A stretch of 64,000 nt of DNA from Candidatus Rariloculaceae bacterium (GTDB taxonomy: Bacteria > Pseudomonadota > Gammaproteobacteria > Steroidobacterales > Rariloculaceae): assembly GCA_045561025.1 (NCBI GenBank), contig JBJKYM010000034.1:27975-91974 (forward strand), written 5' to 3'. Shown one piece after another: positions 8,641 through 16,916 of this stretch; the first letter of the stretch is position 1; every line of letters starts with the position of its first letter. The notes beneath the pieces were generated by a model that saw only the letters and a list, made by a program, of their open reading frames with translations, did no database searches and was not told where the DNA came from. The position numbers were made by a program, and so were the translations under genes.

Positions 8641-9801
8641 ATGTTCGCGCTGGGGGGAACCAGGCAAAGCGATGCGCTGAGAGTCGGCGTAACCCGAGTG
8701 GTTATCGCCAGTCTCACGCTATTTTTTTGCTGGCTGCCGGACACGGGCCGGGCACAGACCCCGCCGCCGTCGGCTCTCGTCAATAAGCGCTCGCAGGAAG
8801 TCCTCGAAGCGGCGCGAGCGGCCTCTCCACATTCCCCGGAAGAAACGTACGCCTATTTCGAGGACGAGGCCGAAGCGGCTATAGCGAGTGCGGCTGAGCG
8901 CGTCTGGGATCCATCGCGGCCAAGGACGGCGTCTCCTCGTACACCCTGGGGCGATCCGGATCTGCAGGGTTATTGGGTCAGCGCCACTTACACCCCGATG
9001 GAGCGACCCGAGGAGCTAGGTGATAAGGCGTTCTATACGGTGCCCGAAGCGATCGAGGCTTTCCAGGCGTCTGCTCTTCGGGATGTGGGGACGGATCCTG
9101 CCACAGTGCACTGCGACTGGACCGAGTTCGGCATGGACAACTGGCAAAGCCCCATTCCGCCGAACCTGCGAACGTCATTAATCGTCGATCCGCCGAGCGG
9201 CAGGAAGCCGCCGCTGACGGCGGAGGGCCGGGCACGCTATGAGCTGCATGCGCCCCGCCATACGATTGAATCGAGGAATCTTTTCGAGCGCTGTATCACC
9301 GGAGATCAGGGGCCGCCGCGCGTTCCATCCACGCAGGCAGTCGGTGAATCGCAGATCATCCAGACACCCGGTTACGTCGTTCTGATCACCCAGGTCAACA
9401 GCGAGGTTCGTATCATTCCTGTCGATGGCCGCCCTCAGCCTTCCGGAGACGTCCGTGCGTATCGGGGAATCTCGCGGGGGCACTGGGAAGGAGAAACGCT
9501 GGTCGTCGAGACGACCGATTTTCATCCGAACTCCCGCGTCAGGCGAATTCAGGAGGTCGGCTCCAATTTGCATCTGGTTGAGCGGTTCGCACATGTGGAA
9601 GATGGCCTGCTGCTATACGAGGCCACGCTGACCGACCCGACGACCTGGGAAGCACCGTGGAGCTACGAAATACCGTGGCCGAGGATGGAACCACCCGGTC
9701 TCTTCGAGTGGGCATGCCACGAGAACAATTACGGCCTGATAAATGTCATCAAAGGGGCACACGTCAGAGCGGCCGAGTACGAGGCAGAGCTCGCCGATTG
9801 A
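8641..9801 (+). CDS. exported protein of unknown family (paralog of 36930-37685)
   Basis: Hydrophobic N-terminus. Shares GHWEGETLVVETTDF / GHWEGDTLVVETVNF and flanking blocks with the ORF at 36930-37685. Confidence 0.6.
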   Translation: MFALGGTRQSDALRVGVTRVVIASLTLFFCWLPDTGRAQTPPPSALVNKRSQEVLEAARAASPHSPEETYAYFEDEAEAAIASAAERVWDPSRPRTASPRTPWGDPDLQGYWVSATYTPMERPEELGDKAFYTVPEAIEAFQASALRDVGTDPATVHCDWTEFGMDNWQSPIPPNLRTSLIVDPPSGRKPPLTAEGRARYELHAPRHTIESRNLFERCITGDQGPPRVPSTQAVGESQIIQTPGYVVLITQVNSEVRIIPVDGRPQPSGDVRAYRGISRGHWEGETLVVETTDFHPNSRVRRIQEVGSNLHLVERFAHVEDGLLLYEATLTDPTTWEAPWSYEIPWPRMEPPGLFEWACHENNYGLINVIKGAHVRAAEYEAELAD

Positions 9802-9834
9802 GTAACTCAGGGCCGGCAACAGTTGGCGTGGCGA

Positions 9835-9957
9835 CTAGATCGGTCCCCACAACATCGTGCCGAGGAAGTTGCCGAAGCCCATCAGAAAGATGATGGCGAT
9901 CGAGAACAGCAGAGTGGCCACGAGGCCGAGAATCAGTGAGTTTCTGCGCAGCTGCAT
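9835..9957 (-). CDS. possible 40-aa membrane peptide
   Basis: ATG preceded by GAGGAAGAAGGA. Encodes MQLRRNSLILGLVATLLFSIAIIFLMGFGNFLGTMLWGPI. Below the ORF-track size cutoff. Confidence 0.3.
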   Translation of the reverse strand: MQLRRNSLILGLVATLLFSIAIIFLMGFGNFLGTMLWGPI

Positions 9958-9988
9958 TCCTTCTTCCTCAACTACCGAGTCAGCATAG

Positions 9989-10197
9989 AGACTGATACAA
10001 TCACCGCTGCTCGGAAATCAGGGGATATACCTAGCGGTCACCCTCACGATTGATGAATGTGCATCGGGCACTAAGCTCGTGTTGACCGAACAGGGTGGTT
10101 ACTTTGATTGTGATCATCCTCCAGAAGGACGAAAAAGTGGATGGCTCTGGCTGGTGACTCGCTTAAGTGAGGAACTGAGTTCGGGAGCCACCAGATA
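9989..10197 (+). pseudogene. 3' remnant of an SRPBCC/Aha1-domain gene
   Basis: Open frame without a start codon encoding ..GTKLVLTEQGGYFDCDHPPEGRKSGWLWLVTRLSEEL. This resembles the C-terminal ~55 aa of SRPBCC (Aha1-like) proteins, and the N-terminal ~100 aa are missing. Confidence 0.45.
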
Positions 10198-10554
10198 GCC
10201 TCGGTTGGTATAGGCAGAACTCGGTTGATGCTCGCACTTGTTAGATAATATAGCGTCCTTAGAAAAACTGGATCGATAGAGGAATCTTAGTTATGCTCGA
10301 TAATAGATTGTGAGGATCCGCCAAGCGCTAGAGTCTTCTTTTTTTCGCTTTTTGCCGAAAGCGGCCACAGAAGACTGAGTCTAAGCGGAGGGTTTGAGCG
10401 GCCGTTTTGAGAAAATTATGGATATTCCGCCCTCTGGAATTTTCCAACCTGGCAGGTCCTCGACTGATTAGACGATCCAGCGTTCCGAGCTCATACACTC
10501 CTGGTTGAATCCGAATTACCGAAAGCGACGAATGTAATAATAGCTATAGGTACT

Positions 10555-10788
10555 GTGGGAATAGTAGAGAGCAAGAAATTCAGCCTGATTCTGGCAACTC
10601 TCAGAATTACTGGCATATCGATGCTGATTATCGGTGGGATCATCTTCCTATTGGGCTTAATTGGATCGGTGTCGTTCGATCGTCTGGCGATTGGTGAGAG
10701 TTCGGGCATTAGAACGGTAGCCTCAATTGCTGTGTTGGGATGCTTACTGGCCGCAGTTGGCCATTGTGATGACTTCAATAGGGATTAA
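10555..10788 (+). CDS. small 2-TM membrane protein, hypothetical (first of three coupled ORFs)
   Basis: 77 aa with two hydrophobic helices. Its stop lies 2 nt before the next ATG. Confidence 0.4.
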   Translation: MGIVESKKFSLILATLRITGISMLIIGGIIFLLGLIGSVSFDRLAIGESSGIRTVASIAVLGCLLAAVGHCDDFNRD

Positions 10789-10790
10789 CG

Positions 10791-10970
10791 ATGATCAGTC
10801 GCTCCGATATATTCATTCTGCTCGCAGTAATGATCTCTTTCGCGGTTTCTGGGTTCCTCTGGTTTTCCGGCCAAAGGGAAGAAGGTCTATTCACCGCGAT
10901 ATGGGTACCTTCAATTCTGTGTTTTGGAATCTATTTTAAGCTCATGGTCACAACGGGTAATCGACGATGA
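10791..10970 (+). CDS. small 2-TM membrane protein, hypothetical (59 aa, not in ORF track)
   Basis: I translated MISRSDIFILLAVMISFAVSGFLWFSGQREEGLFTAIWVPSILCFGIYFKLMVTTGNRR. Its stop overlaps the next start (ATGA at 10967-10970). Confidence 0.4.
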   Translation: MISRSDIFILLAVMISFAVSGFLWFSGQREEGLFTAIWVPSILCFGIYFKLMVTTGNRR

Positions 10971-11158
10971 GCAACGTAAATTTACTGATTGTGGGGGTGG
11001 GCGTGTTCGGGCTGCTGTTGATCGGCCTCTTCCTGACGCTTATCGAGGCTCAAACTGGCTCAAAGCGTCCTGACCTAATGGTCGGTGTCAAACCTCAGAG
11101 AATAGTCGATGAGGACGAACTTGCGTCTCGTGGATCATCGAGCGCTGCTTCGGAGTAG
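10967..11158 (+). CDS. small 1-TM membrane protein, hypothetical
   Basis: 63 aa with one helix (VNLLIVGVGVFGLLLIGLFLTLI). ATGA overlap with the preceding ORF. Confidence 0.4.
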   Translation: MSNVNLLIVGVGVFGLLLIGLFLTLIEAQTGSKRPDLMVGVKPQRIVDEDELASRGSSSAASE

Positions 11159-11385
11159 CAAGTGGTTTTGACTTATCGCAATCGGTCGTGGCAATCAACA
11201 TAAAAGTCAGCCATTAAACACCAGATTTTGGTCCGCCGAGTGAAGCTTGATTCTAAGGACATAGATATCGTCGGTTTTGGGGTTCTGTTTCTACGAGAGG
11301 ATGTTCCTACCTTAAAACGTGTCTGGACGTTAAACGATTTAAATGTATCACCAGCTGATATCAGCTATTAGGCACACAATGTGGA

Positions 11386-11673
11386 ATGAAGATGAAAGCT
11401 GTCTGGAACGATACCGAAATTGCGAATAGCGACGACACAGTCGTTGTCGAGGGAAACCACTATTTTCCTTTGAGTAGCGTCAATAGCGACTACATACGTG
11501 AAAGTGATACTCACTCTAGCTGTCCTTGGAAGGGCCGGGCGAGCTACTACGATATTGCGGTGGGAGATGAGGTGAATAAGGACGCTGCTTGGTACTACTC
11601 CGATCCAAAGCCAGCGGCAGCAGAGATATCAGGTCGTGTTGCATTCTGGCGGGGAATAAAGGTATCGGAGTAA
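11386..11673 (+). CDS. DUF427 domain protein
   Basis: 95 aa. VVVEGNHYFP...CPWKGRASYYDI...AAWYYSDPKPAAAEISGRVAFW matches the DUF427 pattern. Confidence 0.8.
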   Translation: MKMKAVWNDTEIANSDDTVVVEGNHYFPLSSVNSDYIRESDTHSSCPWKGRASYYDIAVGDEVNKDAAWYYSDPKPAAAEISGRVAFWRGIKVSE

Positions 11674-11729
11674 TCGTCGAATGACCGCTTCTCTAATCGG
11701 GCATTGACGTCAAGCTCCCGTTGATGGTG

Positions 11730-12108
11730 TTATTTTTTGGTCGCGTCTTGGTGTGGGTCAAGCTTCTCTTCGCAGTCGGCACTGGTAGCGATCCAGCCGC
11801 TGCAGGCATAGGTCAGACGGTGTGGAGAGCCAGGCTTTTGGACGTGCTTTCGAGCACAGCGGATATAAACGGCTTCATCCAGAACGCCGGGACGCATCTT
11901 CAAGGGTTGTCGGTGAGCTGTTATTTCATGACCTTGCTTCTTGCGAACCCCATCGGAATTGATCGTCATTGATCCAGAGTTGGCGGAGGATGACGGCGCG
12001 TCGATGGCCTCGGGTCTTGGCTAAATTAATTCCCCAGGCTTTGAGAGATGACCAACGACTGGTTCGAGTGAGCATGGCGTTGGCGGCGGCGCTGTGTTTC
12101 TGAATCAA
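11730..12108 (-). pseudogene. frame-broken gene remnant, possibly the C-terminal maturase/HNH part of a retroelement protein (very tentative)
   Basis: Two abutting minus-strand ORFs in different frames. The string ..EITAHRQPLKMRPGVLDEAVYIRCARKHVQK loosely fits an HNH pattern (HH..P...GG.....L.LLC..CH.QK). No intact domain is present. Confidence 0.2.
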
Positions 12109-12434
12109 GGCATCTCACAAGTATTTTGGTTTTTACGATAAGGCCGATTACAGGCCCAATCATTACCGGAATATCCGATGTGGGCGTTCTCAGGAATCTC
12201 GACTGCAACGCAAGTCTCATCGGTCGCTCGATAGCCACGCTCGCATTCCCATCCTTTGCCGTATGAGCTGCCAGTAAGGTACCCATTATCCGGGACTTCG
12301 ATGGCGGCACATCTCTCGGCCATCTGTCGATAGCCACGCTCGCATTCCCAGCCAGACCCGTAGGAAGACTCCTTGAGATAGCCGTTCGTCGCTACGAAGA
12401 TGCTTCGCTGCGCTACACGGGAATAGAAAGTCAC
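12105..12434 (-). CDS. Cys-containing tandem-repeat protein, possibly truncated
   Basis: Three ~34-aa repeats of NGYL.xSSYGxGWECERGYRxxxxxCxAxExPxN. GTG start with a TAG 9 nt upstream and no signal peptide. Confidence 0.4.
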   Translation of the reverse strand: MTFYSRVAQRSIFVATNGYLKESSYGSGWECERGYRQMAERCAAIEVPDNGYLTGSSYGKGWECERGYRATDETCVAVEIPENAHIGYSGNDWACNRPYRKNQNTCEMP

Positions 12435-12930
12435 GAGGACCTAGCTCGATATGGTCTTTACGACACAGTAGTGGCTAAAGAGTGAAAGGTCGACGAGATC
12501 TCGGCGCTAAGGCGACTAAAGCGCCCCACTCGTTAACACTCGACCCCCCCCACTAATAAAGACCGGGGATATGAAATCATGATAGATGACATCATCAAGT
12601 CGATACGAGCAAAACACTCGCTTAACCTGAAGTCAGATCTGTCCCATTTGTTTGAAGACGGACACCGGATTGCATCACCGGCGGCGGGAGTTGGGGCGTC
12701 AGCATGATCGCGGTCGATGTTCATGGTGCCGCTCTCAGCTTGTGCTGGCTCGATTGTAAGCGGGTGAGGGCGGTCGGCTTTCTGAGTTGCGCTCTGAGCG
12801 ACGATCTCGCCTCGCCCTATGTCCCGGTATTCAGCGAAGTGGGGCAACTCAGCGGCGAATTCATCTCAACGGAATGTTACCCGATAGTTACCTGAATCTC
12901 TTAGGCCAAAATATAACCTATTGATATTAT

Positions 12931-13006
12931 TGGCGCTCCCTAGGGGAATCGAACCCCTGTTTCCGCCTTGAGAGGGCGGCGTCCTGGACCGCTAGACGAA
13001 GGGAGC
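12931..13006 (-). tRNA. tRNA-Glu (anticodon CUC)
   Basis: 76-nt cloverleaf GCTCCCT..TCGTCTAGCGGTCCAGGAC..CCGCC-CTCTCAA-GGCGG..AGGGGTTCGATTCCCCT-AGGGAGC-G-CCA. Close to E. coli tRNA-Glu except for the anticodon. CCA is encoded. Confidence 0.9.
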
Positions 13007-13034
13007 GCGGGTGTCGTTAGTCGGCGGGGCTGCT

Positions 13035-13063
13035 ATGATAGCGGGCTTTGCGCAGCGGTGAAA
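13035..13063 (-). promoter_or_regulatory. candidate sigma70 promoter for tRNA-Glu
   Basis: On the minus strand: TTTCAC, 17 nt, TATCAT, followed by a GC-rich discriminator (AGCAGCCCCGCC) about 28 nt before the tRNA 5' end. Confidence 0.3.
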
Positions 13064-13081
13064 CTCGCCAACGGAACCTGA

Positions 13082-14398
13082 TTGAACGACACGGACTCGC
13101 AGTCGCATCCTGGCCCCAACATCATCACCCGCTCCGGCCATTCTATTAGCCGGGCAAACATTTCCAACAATGCCATCAAGGTGCTCTACCGGCTCAACAA
13201 GGCTGGCTACCAGGCGTTCCTGGTAGGCGGTGGCGTCCGCGATTTACTGCTCGAGTTGAACCCTAAGGACTTTGACATCGCGACCGACGCAAAACCTGAA
13301 GAGGTACGCGCGTTATTTCGTAACTGTCGCCTGATCGGGCGGCGCTTCCGCCTAGCTCATGTGCACTTTGGCAGAGAAATTATTGAGGTCGTAACTTTTC
13401 GCGCGGCCGAGACCGAGGAACACCAGCGTCGCGAGCAGGCCGACAGTGGTCGGATTCTTCGCGATAACGTCTATGGTTCTATCGAGGAAGATATCTGGCG
13501 TCGCGATTTCACCGTTAACGCCCTCTATTACAACATTGCCGACTTCACGATCTGGGACTACACCACGGGTATGGCCGATATCGCCGACCGTAAACTGCGC
13601 CTGATCGGCGATCCTGAGACTCGCTATCGAGAAGATCCCGTGCGCATGCTCCGTGCCGCTCGTTTCGCCGCAAAGCTGGGCTTCGAAGTAGCCAAGAGCG
13701 CGGCTAGCCCGATTCGTGATCTCGGTAAGCTGCTCCGCGACGTGCCGCCCGCGCGGCTGTTCGACGAGACGCTGAAGCTCTTCCAGAGCGGTCATGCAGT
13801 TCGTAGTCTGGAGTTGCTACTCGAGTTCGACCTCCTGAAGTACCTTTTCCCGAACACCGCGGACTCGCTCACTCGCGATAGCGACGGTTCAGCGCTGCAG
13901 CTCCTGCGTGCTGGCCTGGCCAATACCGACCGGCGCGTTAAGGAGGAACTGCCGATTACGCCGATGTTCCTGTACGCGGTACTGCTTTGGCAACCGATCT
14001 GCGAGAGGTCGGCTCAGATTTTCGAGAAGTATGAGGTCTCTGAGATAGAAGCCTTGCTCGACGCATGCGACGAGATCGTGTCGGAGCAGCAGGGTCACAC
14101 AGGGTATCCGAAGCGCTTCAGTGTCCCGATGAAGGATATGCTGGTAATGCAGAAGCGCTTTCAGCGCCGGCGCGGTATCCGGGCCCAGCGATTGCTCTCT
14201 CACAAGCGTTTCAGAGCCGCTTATGACTTTCTGCTTCTGCGGGCGCAATGTGGCGAGGAAGACCAGGAGCTGGCCGACTGGTGGACTGAGGTCCAAACAA
14301 TGTCCAACTCCGAGCAGCGTAAGGCATTCGGCGTTGGCAAGCGCCGTTCTCGTCGGCGCTCATCCGCAGCGAATTCGAACACCAGCGCGTCCGGCTAG
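13082..14398 (+). CDS. pcnB: poly(A) polymerase I
   Basis: 438 aa. AIKVLYRLNKAGYQAFLVGGGVRDLLL..PKDFDIATDA..RLIGRRFRLAHV is diagnostic of PcnB. Basic C-terminal tail. Confidence 0.9.
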   Translation: MNDTDSQSHPGPNIITRSGHSISRANISNNAIKVLYRLNKAGYQAFLVGGGVRDLLLELNPKDFDIATDAKPEEVRALFRNCRLIGRRFRLAHVHFGREIIEVVTFRAAETEEHQRREQADSGRILRDNVYGSIEEDIWRRDFTVNALYYNIADFTIWDYTTGMADIADRKLRLIGDPETRYREDPVRMLRAARFAAKLGFEVAKSAASPIRDLGKLLRDVPPARLFDETLKLFQSGHAVRSLELLLEFDLLKYLFPNTADSLTRDSDGSALQLLRAGLANTDRRVKEELPITPMFLYAVLLWQPICERSAQIFEKYEVSEIEALLDACDEIVSEQQGHTGYPKRFSVPMKDMLVMQKRFQRRRGIRAQRLLSHKRFRAAYDFLLLRAQCGEEDQELADWWTEVQTMSNSEQRKAFGVGKRRSRRRSSAANSNTSASG

Positions 14399-14473
14399 CA
14401 ATACCGGCAGTACCAAGAGTATTCTTCGTGATCCAGGAACCTGAGCCGCGGATAAGACGGCGCCCCGACGACG

Positions 14474-15148
14474 ATGACCACCAAACAGGACGTTAATCTG
14501 AGCAATGGACCCCGCTATATAGTCGTAGAGGGCCCGATCGGTGTCGGCAAGACCAGTCTGTCGAAGCGCCTCGCGGAGAGTTTCAATAGCGACCTGATAC
14601 TCGAGGAAGCTCACGACAACCCGTTTCTTGAGCGCTTTTATCAAAATCGCCGACATGCCGCGCTTCCGGCACAGCTTTTCTTTCTTTTTCAACGCGCGCG
14701 ACAGATTGAGGAGATTCGCCAGTCGGATCTGTTCACGCCCGTTCGCGTTGCCGATTTTCTCATCGAGAAGGACCGGTTGTTCGCGGAACTGAACCTGGAC
14801 AGCAACGAGCTGGAGCTCTACGAGCAGGTCTATCAGTCTCTGCAGCTCGATCCGCCGACGCCGGATCTCGTCGTCTATCTTCAGGCGCCGCCCGATATTC
14901 TCATGCGCCGGGTTGCCAACCGCGGTGTTTCCTATGAGCAGTTCATAGACGAACCCTATCTTCGCCAGCTCTGCGAGGCTTATGCCAGCTTTTTCTATGA
15001 GTACGAAAAGGCGCCATTGCTCATCGTCAATGCAGCCACTATTGATCCAATCCACCGCGAGTCGGATTATCAGGAATTGCTGCACGCCATACGCCGGATT
15101 GACCGGGGGCGGCACTTCTTTAATCCTGCGATCGAGACGATCGCCTGA
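14474..15148 (+). CDS. deoxynucleoside kinase family protein
   Basis: 224 aa. P-loop EGPIGVGKTS with ..FLERFY.. and ..LFFLFQR.. blocks of the dNK family. Confidence 0.8.
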   Translation: MTTKQDVNLSNGPRYIVVEGPIGVGKTSLSKRLAESFNSDLILEEAHDNPFLERFYQNRRHAALPAQLFFLFQRARQIEEIRQSDLFTPVRVADFLIEKDRLFAELNLDSNELELYEQVYQSLQLDPPTPDLVVYLQAPPDILMRRVANRGVSYEQFIDEPYLRQLCEAYASFFYEYEKAPLLIVNAATIDPIHRESDYQELLHAIRRIDRGRHFFNPAIETIA

Positions 15149-15168
15149 ATTAAGTTCGAGGCTCGACC

Positions 15169-15999
15169 ATGTATAAGCAACTTCAGCAACGGGGCATGGA
15201 TTCTCCGCCCGTCAATGTTTCGACGCTGCGGAAGATGAAGAAAGACGGTGAACCGATTGCGTGTTTGACGGCTTACGACGCCAGCTTCGCCCAACTCGTC
15301 GACATGGCAGGCGCCGACCTCGTTCTCGTTGGTGATTCTCTGGGTATGGTTATTCAGGGGCACGACACGACCGTTCCAGTCACCGTAGACGACGTCATTT
15401 ATCACACGCAAATCGTCGCTCGCGGGCTGCTCCACGCGTTTCTTGTCGCTGATCTTCCCTTTATGAGTTACGCGTCGCCCGAGCAGGCCCTCGCCAACGG
15501 CGTGCGACTGATGCAGGAGGGTGGTGCGAAGATGGTGAAGCTCGAGGGTGGTCGCGGTCAGGTTTCAGTGGTCGAATGCCTGGCGAGACACGATATCCCC
15601 GTGTGCGCGCACGTAGGGCTCAAGCCGCAGTCGGTGCACAAGATCGGAGGATTTCGTGTTCAGGGTCGCGGCAGCGAGGCCGCCGAAGAGATGGTCAACG
15701 ACGCGATCGCGCTGCAGTCGGCGGGAGCGGATCTGATGCTTCTCGAGTGCGTGCCGAATGAAGTAGGCAAGACCATTACCCAGGCCCTCGATGTGCCCGT
15801 GATCGGCATCGGTGCCGGCCCGCATGTCGATGGGCAGATACTGGTTCTCTACGACATGATGGGAATTACGCAGGGACAGACACCACGGTTCGTGAAGAAC
15901 TATATGGAAGGTCGCGACTCGCAACTCGCTGCCCTTGAGGCGTATGTCGGAGAGGTCAGGGACGGAACCTATCCAGCCAGGGAACACTGTTTCTCCTGA
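15169..15999 (+). CDS. panB: 3-methyl-2-oxobutanoate hydroxymethyltransferase
   Basis: 276 aa. LTAYDASFAQL..GDSLGMV.QGH.TT.PVT..D..YHT and KLEGG blocks. Confidence 0.92.
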   Translation: MYKQLQQRGMDSPPVNVSTLRKMKKDGEPIACLTAYDASFAQLVDMAGADLVLVGDSLGMVIQGHDTTVPVTVDDVIYHTQIVARGLLHAFLVADLPFMSYASPEQALANGVRLMQEGGAKMVKLEGGRGQVSVVECLARHDIPVCAHVGLKPQSVHKIGGFRVQGRGSEAAEEMVNDAIALQSAGADLMLLECVPNEVGKTITQALDVPVIGIGAGPHVDGQILVLYDMMGITQGQTPRFVKNYMEGRDSQLAALEAYVGEVRDGTYPAREHCFS

Positions 16000-16042
16000 T
16001 AGAATACCTCGCCTTAAAATTCAGGGTTCTATTTTGTCTTCA

Positions 16043-16894
16043 ATGTTAACGGTTCGGTCGGCTAGCGCCTTACGTGAGCAACTCGAAGAGTGGCGGGTAT
16101 CAGGACTTCGCGTGGCTCTGGTGCCAACGATGGGCAATCTTCACGCGGGGCACCTGAGTCTGACAAATCTCGCTCGTTCGAGCGGTACCAAAGTCGTCTG
16201 CAGTGTCTTCGTGAATCCGACGCAATTCGGGTCAGGCGAGGACATCGAGAGTTATCCCCGAACGCTGGACGCTGACTCAGCCGTATTGGAGGAGCAGGGC
16301 GCCGTGGACCTCCTCTACGTGCCAGACGTAAAGGCGATCTATCCCTTTGGTACCGATTCTGCTGTCTCGATAAAGCTGCCTCCCCTGAGTGAAGACCTGT
16401 GTGGCGCAAACCGGTCAGGGCACTTCAACGGCGTCGCGTCGGTGGTATTGAGGCTGCTGAATCTCGTTGCGCCTGACGTGCTTCTGCTTGGCGAAAAGGA
16501 CTACCAGCAGCGTATTCTGCTGCAGCGGATGATCGTGGATCTTCATCTGTCGATCGAAGTTATCAGTGCGTCGATCTATCGCGAAGCGGACGGCCTCGCC
16601 ATGAGTTCGAGGAACAGCTATCTAAGTACAGAGGAGCGCCGGATCGCACCGGAGCTTTACGCCGCGCTATCCGAAGTGGCGGACGAGTTGCGTCAGGGTA
16701 AGAGCAACTATTCCGAACTCGAAGCGGCCGCGATGAAGCGGCTCGCGGAGCGAGGTTTCGAGCCTGACTATGTCGCCATTCGGCGCGCCAGCGATCTGGC
16801 TCCCTACGAGGTCTTTGAATCAGGTGATGAGCGTATTGTTCTCGGCGCCGCGCGACTGGGCCGAGCGCGTCTGATCGATAATATTCGTATCTAG
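16043..16894 (+). CDS. panC: pantoate-beta-alanine ligase
   Basis: I prefer the internal ATG at 16043 (MLTVRS..) over the track start 15935, which overlaps panB. VPTMGNLHAGHLSL motif. Confidence 0.92.
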   Translation: MLTVRSASALREQLEEWRVSGLRVALVPTMGNLHAGHLSLTNLARSSGTKVVCSVFVNPTQFGSGEDIESYPRTLDADSAVLEEQGAVDLLYVPDVKAIYPFGTDSAVSIKLPPLSEDLCGANRSGHFNGVASVVLRLLNLVAPDVLLLGEKDYQQRILLQRMIVDLHLSIEVISASIYREADGLAMSSRNSYLSTEERRIAPELYAALSEVADELRQGKSNYSELEAAAMKRLAERGFEPDYVAIRRASDLAPYEVFESGDERIVLGAARLGRARLIDNIRI

Positions 16895-16916
16895 TTTTTC
16901 CCGGGAGCGGGGATCG

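Noticed and set aside
14399-15148. folK, usually found between pcnB and panB, is absent and a deoxynucleoside kinase sits there
   Set aside because: This is gene-order variation only. The kinase is often found in this neighbourhood in other gammaproteobacteria (from memory), and folK may lie elsewhere. There is no sign of a remnant in the 75-bp gap.
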